Source: Candidatus Tayloriibacteriota bacterium (GTDB lineage Bacteria > Patescibacteriota > Minisyncoccia > Phycocordibacterales > PALSA-1337). From it: a stretch of 64,000 nucleotides of DNA. Of this stretch, positions 9,228-18,580 are shown piece after piece. The notes beneath the pieces were generated by a model. The model had not been told where the DNA came from. It saw nothing but the letters and a program-made list of their open reading frames with translations, and did not search any database. Numbering within the stretch: the stretch's first letter is position 1; the number at the start of each line of letters is the position of its first letter. Where the stretch lies: assembly GCA_903893855.1 (NCBI GenBank), contig CAITNV010000054.1:32562-96561 (forward strand), given 5' to 3'. The translations under genes and the position numbers were made by a program.

Positions 9228-10514
9228 CTAAGAGTTAAGGTTGACTGACCAAAGTGTTAGGTCTCGCTTGTTGATGAAATATAGAACGTTTTCTTTTGGG
9301 TCTAGTGTTAAATTGGTAGCATCTAGTAATTCGCCAGGGAAATTAAGCATTGTAGCTATCTGGTGAGCCTCCCCTGTTGTGATATTAACCTCCCATATGC
9401 TATCGGTGAATGCGGTGTTGCCTTGATACCAATCTTCTGGATACTGGGCTGTTGGTATCGTAGATGGTACGGCACAAATAAGGTTGTCCTTCTTTATTGA
9501 GCTCCAAACACATTTCTCTGGCATGGTGTTGAAAGCAAGTTCTTGATCAGTTCCAGTTTTTACATCAAAAATTGATGATGACAGGGTCTGTCCGACAGAC
9601 TTAGTGTAGAGAATCTTGGTAGCGTCTTTGTTTGTAAGTGTCGCTAGGCCATTTATTCCGCCTAAAACCTTTGTAAATTGGCCCGTCTTCGTGTTCACGA
9701 AGTAAAGGAAGCCTGCAAGAGCTGAATTACCTTTGGTTGTAATCGCAAGTGTACTATCGGTCGGCCATTCAACATTGATATCTTTAAGTGGAGTAGAGAA
9801 TAATTTAATGGTTTTGGTACCATCAAATTGCGAAATATAGCCAGATCCGTCTGCGAGGCGGAATATTTTATCTGCAAGCGGAGATAATGCCAAAACCGTC
9901 GTGTTTGCAGGAAGGACATCCCCTTTTAGGACATATGGTGTATTCTTTGATATCGATGATGTTGCCGTGGTCGTTGCTTGAGTTGGTGATTTGCTTAAAG
10001 CTACATAAAAATTAGTAATCTTGGTTCCTGTATCATCGAGTGATTGAAAAACGAAAGCTGTTCCATTACGATTCCAGAAGCTTTGATATATCATCGGTAC
10101 GGTCGTGTTGGAAAGTAGAGTTGTATCAAGTGAATTCGATCGAGCTTCATACACATAGCCTGTGCCACGATTAACCCAGAGTACGAGCGTTGATGTTCCA
10201 CTTGTTGACGCCACCATTCCCCCAACCGGCGTAGTGCTCAATTCACGGATTGTAGGAATAGCTACTGTTGTAGAGGAACTATTTTGAGCATTTTGACCAG
10301 TATTGTTCGTAGTGTTACGTAGCGGTAAGGTGTTTTGTGTACGAGTCGTTCCATTAAGAGGTGTAAAGATATTCCCTCCCGAAGTAGTCGTGGTAGTAGT
10401 TGTACGAGTGTTAATAACACCAGAACCAAAATAATTATTGTAAATCCAATATCCTCCCCCAGCGAGGACTAGTACTAAAATGATTATTATGAGGATTGAG
10501 GTTTTTTTGGACAT
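9228..10514 (-). CDS. Membrane-anchored protein: Thr-rich linker and predicted beta-propeller domain
   Basis: N-terminal TM, TTTTTTTS linker, repeated W/S-P-D-type beta-strand motifs; last gene of the T4SS-like cluster. Confidence 0.6.
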   Translation of the reverse strand: MSKKTSILIIIILVLVLAGGGYWIYNNYFGSGVINTRTTTTTTTSGGNIFTPLNGTTRTQNTLPLRNTTNNTGQNAQNSSSTTVAIPTIRELSTTPVGGMVASTSGTSTLVLWVNRGTGYVYEARSNSLDTTLLSNTTVPMIYQSFWNRNGTAFVFQSLDDTGTKITNFYVALSKSPTQATTTATSSISKNTPYVLKGDVLPANTTVLALSPLADKIFRLADGSGYISQFDGTKTIKLFSTPLKDINVEWPTDSTLAITTKGNSALAGFLYFVNTKTGQFTKVLGGINGLATLTNKDATKILYTKSVGQTLSSSIFDVKTGTDQELAFNTMPEKCVWSSIKKDNLICAVPSTIPTAQYPEDWYQGNTAFTDSIWEVNITTGEAHQIATMLNFPGELLDATNLTLDPKENVLYFINKRDLTLWSVNLNS

Positions 10515-10526
10515 ATTTTGGTTTTA

Positions 10527-11579
10527 TTACTGACCAGGTAGGTAGCTTCCATGTTGTTGATTAGTTCCTGTTTTATTTGCATTTTTTTGCGCCGCCGCTT
10601 TGTCTGCAGCTGCCGCCGCAGCCATATCCGCTTGTTTCTTCAAGAATGGCGCTTGTGCAGCGTTATATGCAGCAGTTAACGCAGCTTGATCAGCCACATC
10701 GTTATTGGCTTTCAACGTTGCCATGTCTGCATTGTAGACTGCAGTATTTGCGTTTAAGCTTGATTGTATTAATTCAGGTGTTTCTATTCCATTATATTGA
10801 GTTGCGAGCTTTTCTCTTTCGAGAAGTGCATTTGCAGCGAAATCATTGGTAGCATGCGCAAAGGCTTCTTTATTTATTGATGCGGTAGCTGTGTCTTGCA
10901 GATTCTGCCATTTTTGTATAGCACCTTGGCAATCAGGTGTAAGAGAGTTTTCGTTCTGACTTCCATTACTTTCCAAACATTTCGAATTGATAAGATCGTT
11001 ATATGCTGTCGCTACTGCGGCATTATCGGTTGCTACTTTTGCTTGAAGTGCACGAGTTTCATTGGTAAGTTCAGCTGCTTGTGCAGCTAACGCAGCAACT
11101 GCAGCAGGATCACTGGTACTTATTGGTTGTACTGTCAAATTAAGCTTTGGTACGGTAACGAGGCTTATGTCTACGAGCTGAGGGTTAATGGTGTAGAGGA
11201 TAAGATATGATAGGAGTGCTCCAGCAAGGCCTAAGAAAGCGTTTTCTATCGTCGATCTCGCGTCCCCCTTCTTGGTCACTGAGTCGGTAAGCATGTATTG
11301 AAAACCGCCAATTATAACCATAACAACGGTTGCAAATACCGCAACCGCAATCATTAGTTTAAATATATAGACAATATATGTCTGTATATTGACTTCCTTC
11401 GTTACTTCGCCGAGTGTGCAGTTGTTCCCTGTTCCTGGGATGCATGGTACTGGTTCAAGAAGTGTATATTGTCCTGTTGTCTGTGCAGATACTATTAGGC
11501 TTGGTGCTGAAAGAGTGCCAAATATGACGATAATGCTACAGAGCGCAGAAACTTTTTTGATTATGTTTTGTGTAGACAT
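10527..11579 (-). CDS. T4SS pilin-like (VirB2/TrbC-like) protein with long Ala-rich C-terminal extension
   Basis: Signal peptide, then two hydrophobic helices with IIGGFQYM...A...I.NA..GL...LSYLILYTINPQL, a pattern typical of CPR T4SS pilins. Confidence 0.7.
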   Translation of the reverse strand: MSTQNIIKKVSALCSIIVIFGTLSAPSLIVSAQTTGQYTLLEPVPCIPGTGNNCTLGEVTKEVNIQTYIVYIFKLMIAVAVFATVVMVIIGGFQYMLTDSVTKKGDARSTIENAFLGLAGALLSYLILYTINPQLVDISLVTVPKLNLTVQPISTSDPAAVAALAAQAAELTNETRALQAKVATDNAAVATAYNDLINSKCLESNGSQNENSLTPDCQGAIQKWQNLQDTATASINKEAFAHATNDFAANALLEREKLATQYNGIETPELIQSSLNANTAVYNADMATLKANNDVADQAALTAAYNAAQAPFLKKQADMAAAAAADKAAAQKNANKTGTNQQHGSYLPGQ

Positions 11580-11587
11580 GTTTTTGA

Positions 11588-12649
11588 TTAAAATGTGATA
11601 CTAGCCGCGCCGTTAACTTTGTTCGAAGTGGTGTCGTATATTGCACTAAAAGAGTTATTTGCTCTTTGGAGGATGTCTGTAGTGTTTTGGATTTCGAGCT
11701 TAATATCAGAACTACCCGATGTTCCACTTGGTGTCGCGAGCAAAATTGCAGAGCTCGAAGCTAGTTCATCATGAAGAATTTCATTAATCATCCAGCTATA
11801 CGTCATGGTACCCGAATCGTCTGCCATATCGAAACCATAAGGTGCTGCAGTAATCTTAATTTGATTATGCTCAAGATTGATACTATCCCCTACTGACTTA
11901 TTATATAACACTCCATAGAGCGGGTCATTTTGATAAAAGTTAATTGCTGGAGATGACGGATTGATGGCGATTTGGCTTTCAGCGTGAGCCTTGCCATCAG
12001 TAGAATTTACTTTTAAGTTAATAACAAACGGTCGTGCTATTAATGAACCTTTTATCGAAAGGCTTTGTTTGCCATAACCTGAAAGACTGCCAAGTACGGT
12101 TGAATCCTGTTTCCATGTGTATATAAGAGCTTGAGGGTCAATTGGTTTGCCGTTTGAATCCACAAGGTTTGGCATTGCTACAAGCTTAACGGTATTTTGG
12201 TAAACAAAGAGATTTTTGCCTCGATATAAAGGGGGCACGTATCCACTCGTTTCAGGAATTATATCCACTGAGCCTGTTTTAATAGTAAGTACTTTTTGAA
12301 TTGTCGCACCTTCGACGGTCTTTACACTGACACTTATAGCTAGGCTTTTGCCAACAGGAGGAGCCTGCACGGTAATGCTTGTGAGGCCTACGCTTTTACC
12401 AATCGATTTACCGTTTGAAGACCAATTGATCGTAGCACCGTTTAGATCTGTGCTGTAGCTTTTTACGTCCACAGTGACACTATCCCCCGGTGCAGGGTTG
12501 GCTGGTGACATTTCAATATCGACTCCGTCAAGAGATACATTACCAATTGAAGATTGAGCATGTGAAACGTGCGGATTAGACAGGCTAAAGAAAGTAAAAA
12601 ATAGGATAAATATACTAATGTGCAGAACTAGAAATCCATTTTTTTTCAT
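11588..12649 (-). CDS. Secreted beta-rich (Ig/PKD-like) hypothetical protein
   Basis: Signal peptide; three repeats of an x-W-x-x-N/D pattern (INWSSNG, YTWKQDS, YSWMINE). Confidence 0.55.
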   Translation of the reverse strand: MKKNGFLVLHISIFILFFTFFSLSNPHVSHAQSSIGNVSLDGVDIEMSPANPAPGDSVTVDVKSYSTDLNGATINWSSNGKSIGKSVGLTSITVQAPPVGKSLAISVSVKTVEGATIQKVLTIKTGSVDIIPETSGYVPPLYRGKNLFVYQNTVKLVAMPNLVDSNGKPIDPQALIYTWKQDSTVLGSLSGYGKQSLSIKGSLIARPFVINLKVNSTDGKAHAESQIAINPSSPAINFYQNDPLYGVLYNKSVGDSINLEHNQIKITAAPYGFDMADDSGTMTYSWMINEILHDELASSSAILLATPSGTSGSSDIKLEIQNTTDILQRANNSFSAIYDTTSNKVNGAASITF

Positions 12650-12686
12650 CTATATAATTCTACCACAACATACGCTGGATGTAATA

Positions 12687-13109
12687 CTACTTGCGAGGTA
12701 AACGCATTCCGTTATTGTTAACCGGAGGGGGTTGGAATTGTTGTCTATTTTTTGCTTGTATTGAGGCTGGTGTTGCTACGGTTGCGGCTGACGCTAAACG
12801 TTTGTTCTCGGCACGGACTGAGAGATGTGTCATTGCAACATCAAGTATCCACAATGGTAATGAACCAGCAACGAGCTCTTCAAAGAAGAAAGTTGCAACG
12901 AGTGTTAATATACGCCCCGGTTTAGCCATAGAAACACCTCTCCAGTAGAAATAACCTCCCAATATTGCACCAATCCCTGCATCGGCAAATTCGTTTATAA
13001 ATTCTCCAGGACCTGGGAAAAAAACATCAATAAGCGGTTGCCCAATATCACATGCCAATGTGAAGCAATAAAGTACTATCCAATCTACAGTTTTCATTTT
13101 TGAACCCAT
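12687..13109 (-). CDS. Small polytopic membrane protein
   Basis: Several hydrophobic segments; directly downstream of virB4. Confidence 0.65.
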   Translation of the reverse strand: MGSKMKTVDWIVLYCFTLACDIGQPLIDVFFPGPGEFINEFADAGIGAILGGYFYWRGVSMAKPGRILTLVATFFFEELVAGSLPLWILDVAMTHLSVRAENKRLASAATVATPASIQAKNRQQFQPPPVNNNGMRLPRK

Positions 13110-13120
13110 TTTGTTGCGTT

Positions 13121-14947
13121 TTATATTCGAGCGGCACCGTTTGCCATTTCGAGCTCGTCTTTGGCTTTTTTAATAGCCATAACTTGTGCAGGATTCGTAG
13201 TAATAATCTGATCTTCTGTATACGAAGCGATGATTTTTAGTGCGACATGCTTAAGTCCTACGAAGAATATGCCCTCCCCCACTTCTGATTCAAGAAGTAG
13301 ATATTTCTCTTCATCAGTAAGGCTAAATGTCTGCTGAATTCTATCAATCGATGAAGGTGACTGTTTGAGGAGGATTTGTATCGAAGAGTTGGTAAGAATC
13401 GGCAAGCCATAGGGTGATTTCAAGAAGTCATCAACGTCTTGAGTGATTGTTGCAAGTCCTAAGTAATATTTTCGGCCTCGTTTAGCCAAACCAAGTAGGA
13501 ATGAAGCCGTATCTTCTGATTTCATCATCCACCAAGCCTCGTCAATAACAAGAAGACGCTTCTTTGGAGTACGACGAATAGCATTCCATATATAGTGTGT
13601 AACAATATACATTGCGACCGGCTTCAGTTCATCTTCCATATCGCGAAGTGAAAACACCGCAAATTTCTTATTAATATCCACATTTGTAGGCTTATTAATA
13701 AAGCCAGACCAAGTACCTTTGGTGTATTTCGTAAGTCTTTCGACGAGTGATTCAGCACCTTCCATGCCCGCCAAAACAAGCTCAAAGTCAGATAGAAGTG
13801 GCGGTGTCACATTACTAAAATCAGATTCAGGGGTGATATCCTTAAGTGCGTATGTTTCACTAATAGCTCGATCGATAATGGCATCTTCTTCCTGTGTAAG
13901 GCCACCAAGCATGATACGGAATAGCCCAACGAGGTTAATAATGTTAGATCGAAGCACATCAGAAGCGGCTTCGTCCTCTCGTGCGATCGGCAAGTCAAAA
14001 GGATTGATATGATTCTCTGAGTTAAGAGAGATATTGAAGTACTTCCCTCCTGTGGCATTCGCCATATACTCATATTCGCGTTCAGGGTCGATAACGATAA
14101 CTTCGGTATCGAACATAAGTGTTCGTAATATTTCGAGCTTGGTGCAATATGATTTACCCGATCCAGACTTAGCAAACGTTACTGAATTGTAGTTCTCGAG
14201 GAGGAAGCGGTCAAAAAGCACGAGAGATGAATTGTGGCGATTAATTCCATACAAAATACCCTTATCAGATGTGAGGTCGAATGAAACGAAAGGAAATATG
14301 CTCGAAAGTGGCGAAGAATTAAGCTTAGAATGTACTGAGAGTCGATCGTCTCCAAGCGGTAACACGCTTTTGTAACCATCTTCTTGCTGGAAAAGAGCAG
14401 GTTTTATATAAACAAGCTTAGACTCAAGGATAGATTTAACCTCAGACTCAAGCTTATCAAGTTCGCCATCAGAATCTCCAAAAAGAGTAATATAAACACC
14501 AACATCGAAGATTTTCTCTTGTGCTTGCATGAGATTATTACGAAGTGATTCGAGGTCTTGATATGCAGTGTCGAGCATTGGGTCACGAACGAGTCCTTTA
14601 TCCTCTCTTTGATTGATCTGGCTCTGTACTTCAGCCACCTTCTTCTGGAAATGACGTAGGATTTTAGCCGTATCTACCGGATGAATGAATATTGAAATGT
14701 TAAAAACCTTATCAAGGTTAATGATGGGGGCAAACCAAGAATCAGTAAGGAAACGTGGGTATGATATAACGAAGAATGTGCGCGCGACTTTCTCCCCGAG
14801 GTTAAGCTCTTTAGGACTAATCTTAAGTGCAGAAGGTGCAATAATGTCACGGAGTTCCAACACTCCCTGTTCATATATATCTTGTGGCAAAAGCGATGTT
14901 ATCGCAGGTGCATCTTTTTTACCAAATAATTTTCCTATAAAGCTCAT
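13121..14947 (-). CDS. virB4: VirB4/TraC-like type IV secretion ATPase
   Basis: Walker A AKSGSGKS, IDPEREY, INPFD, Walker B LLVIDEAW, RGRKY...ITQ. Confidence 0.88.
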   Translation of the reverse strand: MSFIGKLFGKKDAPAITSLLPQDIYEQGVLELRDIIAPSALKISPKELNLGEKVARTFFVISYPRFLTDSWFAPIINLDKVFNISIFIHPVDTAKILRHFQKKVAEVQSQINQREDKGLVRDPMLDTAYQDLESLRNNLMQAQEKIFDVGVYITLFGDSDGELDKLESEVKSILESKLVYIKPALFQQEDGYKSVLPLGDDRLSVHSKLNSSPLSSIFPFVSFDLTSDKGILYGINRHNSSLVLFDRFLLENYNSVTFAKSGSGKSYCTKLEILRTLMFDTEVIVIDPEREYEYMANATGGKYFNISLNSENHINPFDLPIAREDEAASDVLRSNIINLVGLFRIMLGGLTQEEDAIIDRAISETYALKDITPESDFSNVTPPLLSDFELVLAGMEGAESLVERLTKYTKGTWSGFINKPTNVDINKKFAVFSLRDMEDELKPVAMYIVTHYIWNAIRRTPKKRLLVIDEAWWMMKSEDTASFLLGLAKRGRKYYLGLATITQDVDDFLKSPYGLPILTNSSIQILLKQSPSSIDRIQQTFSLTDEEKYLLLESEVGEGIFFVGLKHVALKIIASYTEDQIITTNPAQVMAIKKAKDELEMANGAARI

Positions 14948-14955
14948 TTTTTTAT

Positions 14956-15615
14956 TTAATTTATTTGCATTGGCTTCTCAGTGTCCCCAGGGTTGAATAT
15001 CTTATAGAACAATTCTACCACTTCTTCGGTTCCAAGTTCAGCGACTCGTATACCGCAACGAGTAAGTCCTTGCTCCACTGAACCTACTCTCTGCTCGAGC
15101 TGGCTTCGGTATTCCTCGAATTCTTCATTTGCGAGGGTTTTACCACTTCCGATGCTTTGTGATGAACCTGTATTATTCTTTCGATTTAAGAATGAAGAAA
15201 TTGGGTTCTTCGTCGCACTAATCTGTGCAGGAGAATACGGGATGACGATGAAGAAGCTTTTTGTCATAATGCTTGAATTGTCGACGAAGGTTTTGACGAA
15301 TTCAATGTATTCTCGGGTTTGAATTTTCATGAGTTCGCTTGCCTGTTCCTTATAACGGCTTTCAAGAAGCGCAACATACGGCCTAATATCAAGCTTTTTT
15401 GACTGTATGAAGATCTGAACTGAGAAATCAAGAGAGTTTAAAAAGTTTTGAAATTGAAAAATAATAGAGTTCTGCTCATCTATTGACTTTAGGGCGAAGT
15501 TTACCGATGTTGCAAGGACGATTGCGCGCAAAGAACCGTCATTAAGAATAGCAATTCCATCACGGATCTCTTTAATTGGTACAAATTCTTGAGTTGTTTT
15601 GGTTGAAGTGGCCAT
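14956..15615 (-). CDS. TraC/VirB4 N-terminal-like protein
   Basis: SVNFALKS.DEQ, FLNSLDF.VQI; between prgI and virB4; ATG at 15615. Confidence 0.65.
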   Translation of the reverse strand: MATSTKTTQEFVPIKEIRDGIAILNDGSLRAIVLATSVNFALKSIDEQNSIIFQFQNFLNSLDFSVQIFIQSKKLDIRPYVALLESRYKEQASELMKIQTREYIEFVKTFVDNSSIMTKSFFIVIPYSPAQISATKNPISSFLNRKNNTGSSQSIGSGKTLANEEFEEYRSQLEQRVGSVEQGLTRCGIRVAELGTEEVVELFYKIFNPGDTEKPMQIN

Positions 15616-15616
15616 A

Positions 15617-16078
15617 TTAACGTTGATTTCTATTACTATAGAGACTTTCTTTAATATCGAGACTCCATGCAAGGTCTTTCAATTTACTTTCTGAAATCTT
15701 CGGCACCATAATACCCGCATAATTCTTGCCGAGGCGTACATCTTCCGCCGCTTGTTCCCCCGGAGTCATATTCTTCTGTAGTGCAGGATCTGGACGGCGA
15801 TTTACTTTCTTCCAGATGTAGAGTTTGGCAGCGAAGTAGTATTTGAATGCCGCTTCAACAACAAAAATGAATGGTTTATTGTTGATTCTATAGAAAGCGA
15901 GGGCCCCAGAAAAAGTAGCAACTACAACTATAAACGGGAATGCAAGGAGTAATGGTAAAAATTTATACAATAGGAAACAAATTCCAGCCCCACCAGCCAT
16001 ATAAATAAATTGGCGCAAGGTGAATGGGCCGAAAATCTTGTCCTCAACTTCGATAAATTGTGGGACTTGGAACTGCAT
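15617..16078 (-). CDS. PrgI-family (VirB3-like) membrane protein
   Basis: VPQFIEVEDKIFGPFTLRQF followed by two TMs. Confidence 0.85.
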   Translation of the reverse strand: MQFQVPQFIEVEDKIFGPFTLRQFIYMAGGAGICFLLYKFLPLLLAFPFIVVVATFSGALAFYRINNKPFIFVVEAAFKYYFAAKLYIWKKVNRRPDPALQKNMTPGEQAAEDVRLGKNYAGIMVPKISESKLKDLAWSLDIKESLYSNRNQR

Positions 16079-16098
16079 GCGTATATTATACCCTACTC

Positions 16099-16749
16099 TT
16101 ACGCGATTGGCTCGCGGTATGGATCAGAAGTAGTGTTCGGCGTTTGAGGTTGAGGGTTTTTTGTTGTCACGGGAGCGGACATGAATTGATCGAGGAGATT
16201 GATAGACTTTACCGCAGGTGCTGGAGCTGTTGCAGGAGCGGATACAGGTGTTGCTATTGGGGTTGGGACAGTGTGCGCTTCCTGACCAGCGACAATTGCT
16301 GGATATTCCGCGAGGAGATTTACAGGAGTTGGTGTTGCAGTATTCTGTGCGAGCGTGGTCGGATTTTCAATTCCTTTTAGGGTATTTGCACGAGCAATTG
16401 CTTCATTGTCCAACTTTTCGTCATCATTCGTATCTTCGAGTTTTTGTAGGCTCTCACGAATACTACCAATTATATCAGTGTTTATGTCACCAGCTATATC
16501 TCTCGCTGTCTCTCTTGGGATCTCGACGTTATCACTTAGATTTGAAATTAAATTATTAGAACTTTCAAGGCCAAGCATGACAAGCATCGTCTCGGTCTGT
16601 ATGTCCCCAGCTTGTTCTATGGTTAAGGCGTATTTTTTTGATATTTTAGCAAATTTCTCAGGAAGGTTTCCTCCTGTTATCGCATCTTGAATCTCTCGGG
16701 GAAGAAGCTCAAAGTTTTTTTTAATTAATTGTTGTGTTTCAGGTTCCAT
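16099..16749 (-). CDS. Cytoplasmic hypothetical protein with Pro/Ala/Thr linker and C-terminal DPYREP motif
   Basis: Helical N-terminal domain and low-complexity linker; ends SDPYREPIA. Confidence 0.7.
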   Translation of the reverse strand: MEPETQQLIKKNFELLPREIQDAITGGNLPEKFAKISKKYALTIEQAGDIQTETMLVMLGLESSNNLISNLSDNVEIPRETARDIAGDINTDIIGSIRESLQKLEDTNDDEKLDNEAIARANTLKGIENPTTLAQNTATPTPVNLLAEYPAIVAGQEAHTVPTPIATPVSAPATAPAPAVKSINLLDQFMSAPVTTKNPQPQTPNTTSDPYREPIA

Positions 16750-16755
16750 ATTGTA

Positions 16756-18573
16756 TTATTTTTTATCTGGTTTGTTTTTTGCATCACCGTCACTTTTTTC
16801 TTCGGTTAGCAGATCTTTTATATCATCTGCAATTTTTTCATTTTTTGATTTATTCATTCCTTTACGGATCTTATTGGCGGCATCTTTCCTGCCCTTTTTG
16901 GTCATGTTAAAGAAGCCTGCACCCTTTTCAAGATTATTAGCGTATTCCTCCTTGCCTTGCTTTGACAGCCTACCTTGAATATCTGTATCATCGACAGCTC
17001 TTTCCGATGCCTCTTTTTTTGCAGCATCCATTACAGCTTTTAGTCTTTCTGCACGTGCCGCTTCTTCCGCTCTCTCTCGAGCGCTTAAATTGCTATCTGT
17101 AGATCTAGATGCTGCCAGATTATACAAGCGCTCTTTTTTGTTGGCTTCATATTCTAACCTCTTTGTCTCTTTCTTATACTCGTCAGGAGTTATTCTTGAT
17201 AGTGCGCGATCGGCAAACTTTGTTTGTGATTCAGTATATTTTTTTAATCTGTCACTATAGCCGCCTTTTGAGCCGCCAAATGTAGCATTCGTAGTCCTTG
17301 AAACTATTTGTTTATCTACAAGGTTTCCGATAGTAGGATTAGAAGTAACAAATCTTTTGAATTTATCATTATCAGCAACATATTTGGCACCCCTTCCAAT
17401 TGTGTGTTGGCCGACCCAACCTGCACTACCGCTTACGCCGCTTGTAAGCTTCCCTTGTCCCCATTTCTTAGCGCTCTGGCCTAATTTAACTGCGATATCA
17501 GTTCCATCTGAACCAATTTTAATTGCAGCCGCCATCGGGGCATTGATAAACATAAAGGCAATGATGTATTGGAGGACGATACCGACAACATTTGGAGAGA
17601 CGAGAGCATTACCGAGTGTGCCAGTTGTCGAAGATACTTTTGCAAAATCAAAGAAACGTGGATCATTAATAACGCTAACCGCAACATACATAAGAAATAG
17701 ATACACCGGCATAAAGAGACACATTGCAATGAGTGTCTTTTTCCACTGCTCGGCGTATTGCTCTGCTTGTGGCAATATCATAGCGATGAAATAGATCGGC
17801 GAGAAAGCCATGAGAAGGATAAGAATTCCTAGTCGTACTGCGAATGCCACCGCCGCAAAGAGGAAGCTTCCTGCTGCAGCAAGCATAAGGACTGTTCCTC
17901 CGGCATACGCAAGGGTAATCGTACGGTTATTATTAGGATCTCCCCCACCATTTGGAGCAATAGCGCTAGCTCCAACGATCTTGTTGATACTCAAGCTCTG
18001 CATGAATACATTCGATAGACCTCCATCGTTAAACGCTGAAGATATCATTCCATTAAAGCCGTTAGTTGCAGCCACGGTATCTTGTCCGGGGGCAATAGCG
18101 TTATAGAACGATAGCGATATGATGTTTGAAGTATCTACTGCGAGCCGAGTAAAGAAAAGGCTGAAGTTAATAAGGAGACCAGCAATAATAATATTTTTAA
18201 TTAGCGTAGAAAGATCCGCGTTCTTTAGCCCTAAAATCATCTTGATTGAAGCATACAGAAGCATGAATATTATGAATATGCTCGAGAAGTCTCGAATGGT
18301 TCTCCATGCAATACCAATTGCCGTTACTTTATCGACGATAGTTTGAATGTGAAGAGTAGCTACAAGTGTTCCATTGAGAAGCACTCCAGTGAGGGTCAAA
18401 ATTGCTCCAGCTGCAGCGAATGCTAGTTCGGCGATCCATGATGTTACTGTAAATATGGTCGCTGTAACATCAATACCCAAAAATGCATACGCAAAGTGCG
18501 GCGTAATAAGCGTCAATAACGGTATCGCGATTGCAACAGCGGTAATTATTTTTTTGTACGAGTTGCTTTTCAT
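16756..18573 (-). CDS. VirB6/TrbL-like polytopic membrane protein with charged C-terminal tail
   Basis: Many TMs; W..IRD, LLINFSLF, RLGILILLMAFSP, W.K.L patterns; Lys/Glu-rich tail. Confidence 0.7.
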   Translation of the reverse strand: MKSNSYKKIITAVAIAIPLLTLITPHFAYAFLGIDVTATIFTVTSWIAELAFAAAGAILTLTGVLLNGTLVATLHIQTIVDKVTAIGIAWRTIRDFSSIFIIFMLLYASIKMILGLKNADLSTLIKNIIIAGLLINFSLFFTRLAVDTSNIISLSFYNAIAPGQDTVAATNGFNGMISSAFNDGGLSNVFMQSLSINKIVGASAIAPNGGGDPNNNRTITLAYAGGTVLMLAAAGSFLFAAVAFAVRLGILILLMAFSPIYFIAMILPQAEQYAEQWKKTLIAMCLFMPVYLFLMYVAVSVINDPRFFDFAKVSSTTGTLGNALVSPNVVGIVLQYIIAFMFINAPMAAAIKIGSDGTDIAVKLGQSAKKWGQGKLTSGVSGSAGWVGQHTIGRGAKYVADNDKFKRFVTSNPTIGNLVDKQIVSRTTNATFGGSKGGYSDRLKKYTESQTKFADRALSRITPDEYKKETKRLEYEANKKERLYNLAASRSTDSNLSARERAEEAARAERLKAVMDAAKKEASERAVDDTDIQGRLSKQGKEEYANNLEKGAGFFNMTKKGRKDAANKIRKGMNKSKNEKIADDIKDLLTEEKSDGDAKNKPDKK

Positions 18574-18580
18574 ACTGGTA

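Noticed and set aside
10375-10410. GTA/GTG triplet run as a DNA repeat element
   Set aside because: It simply encodes the Thr-rich linker of the 9228-10514 protein.
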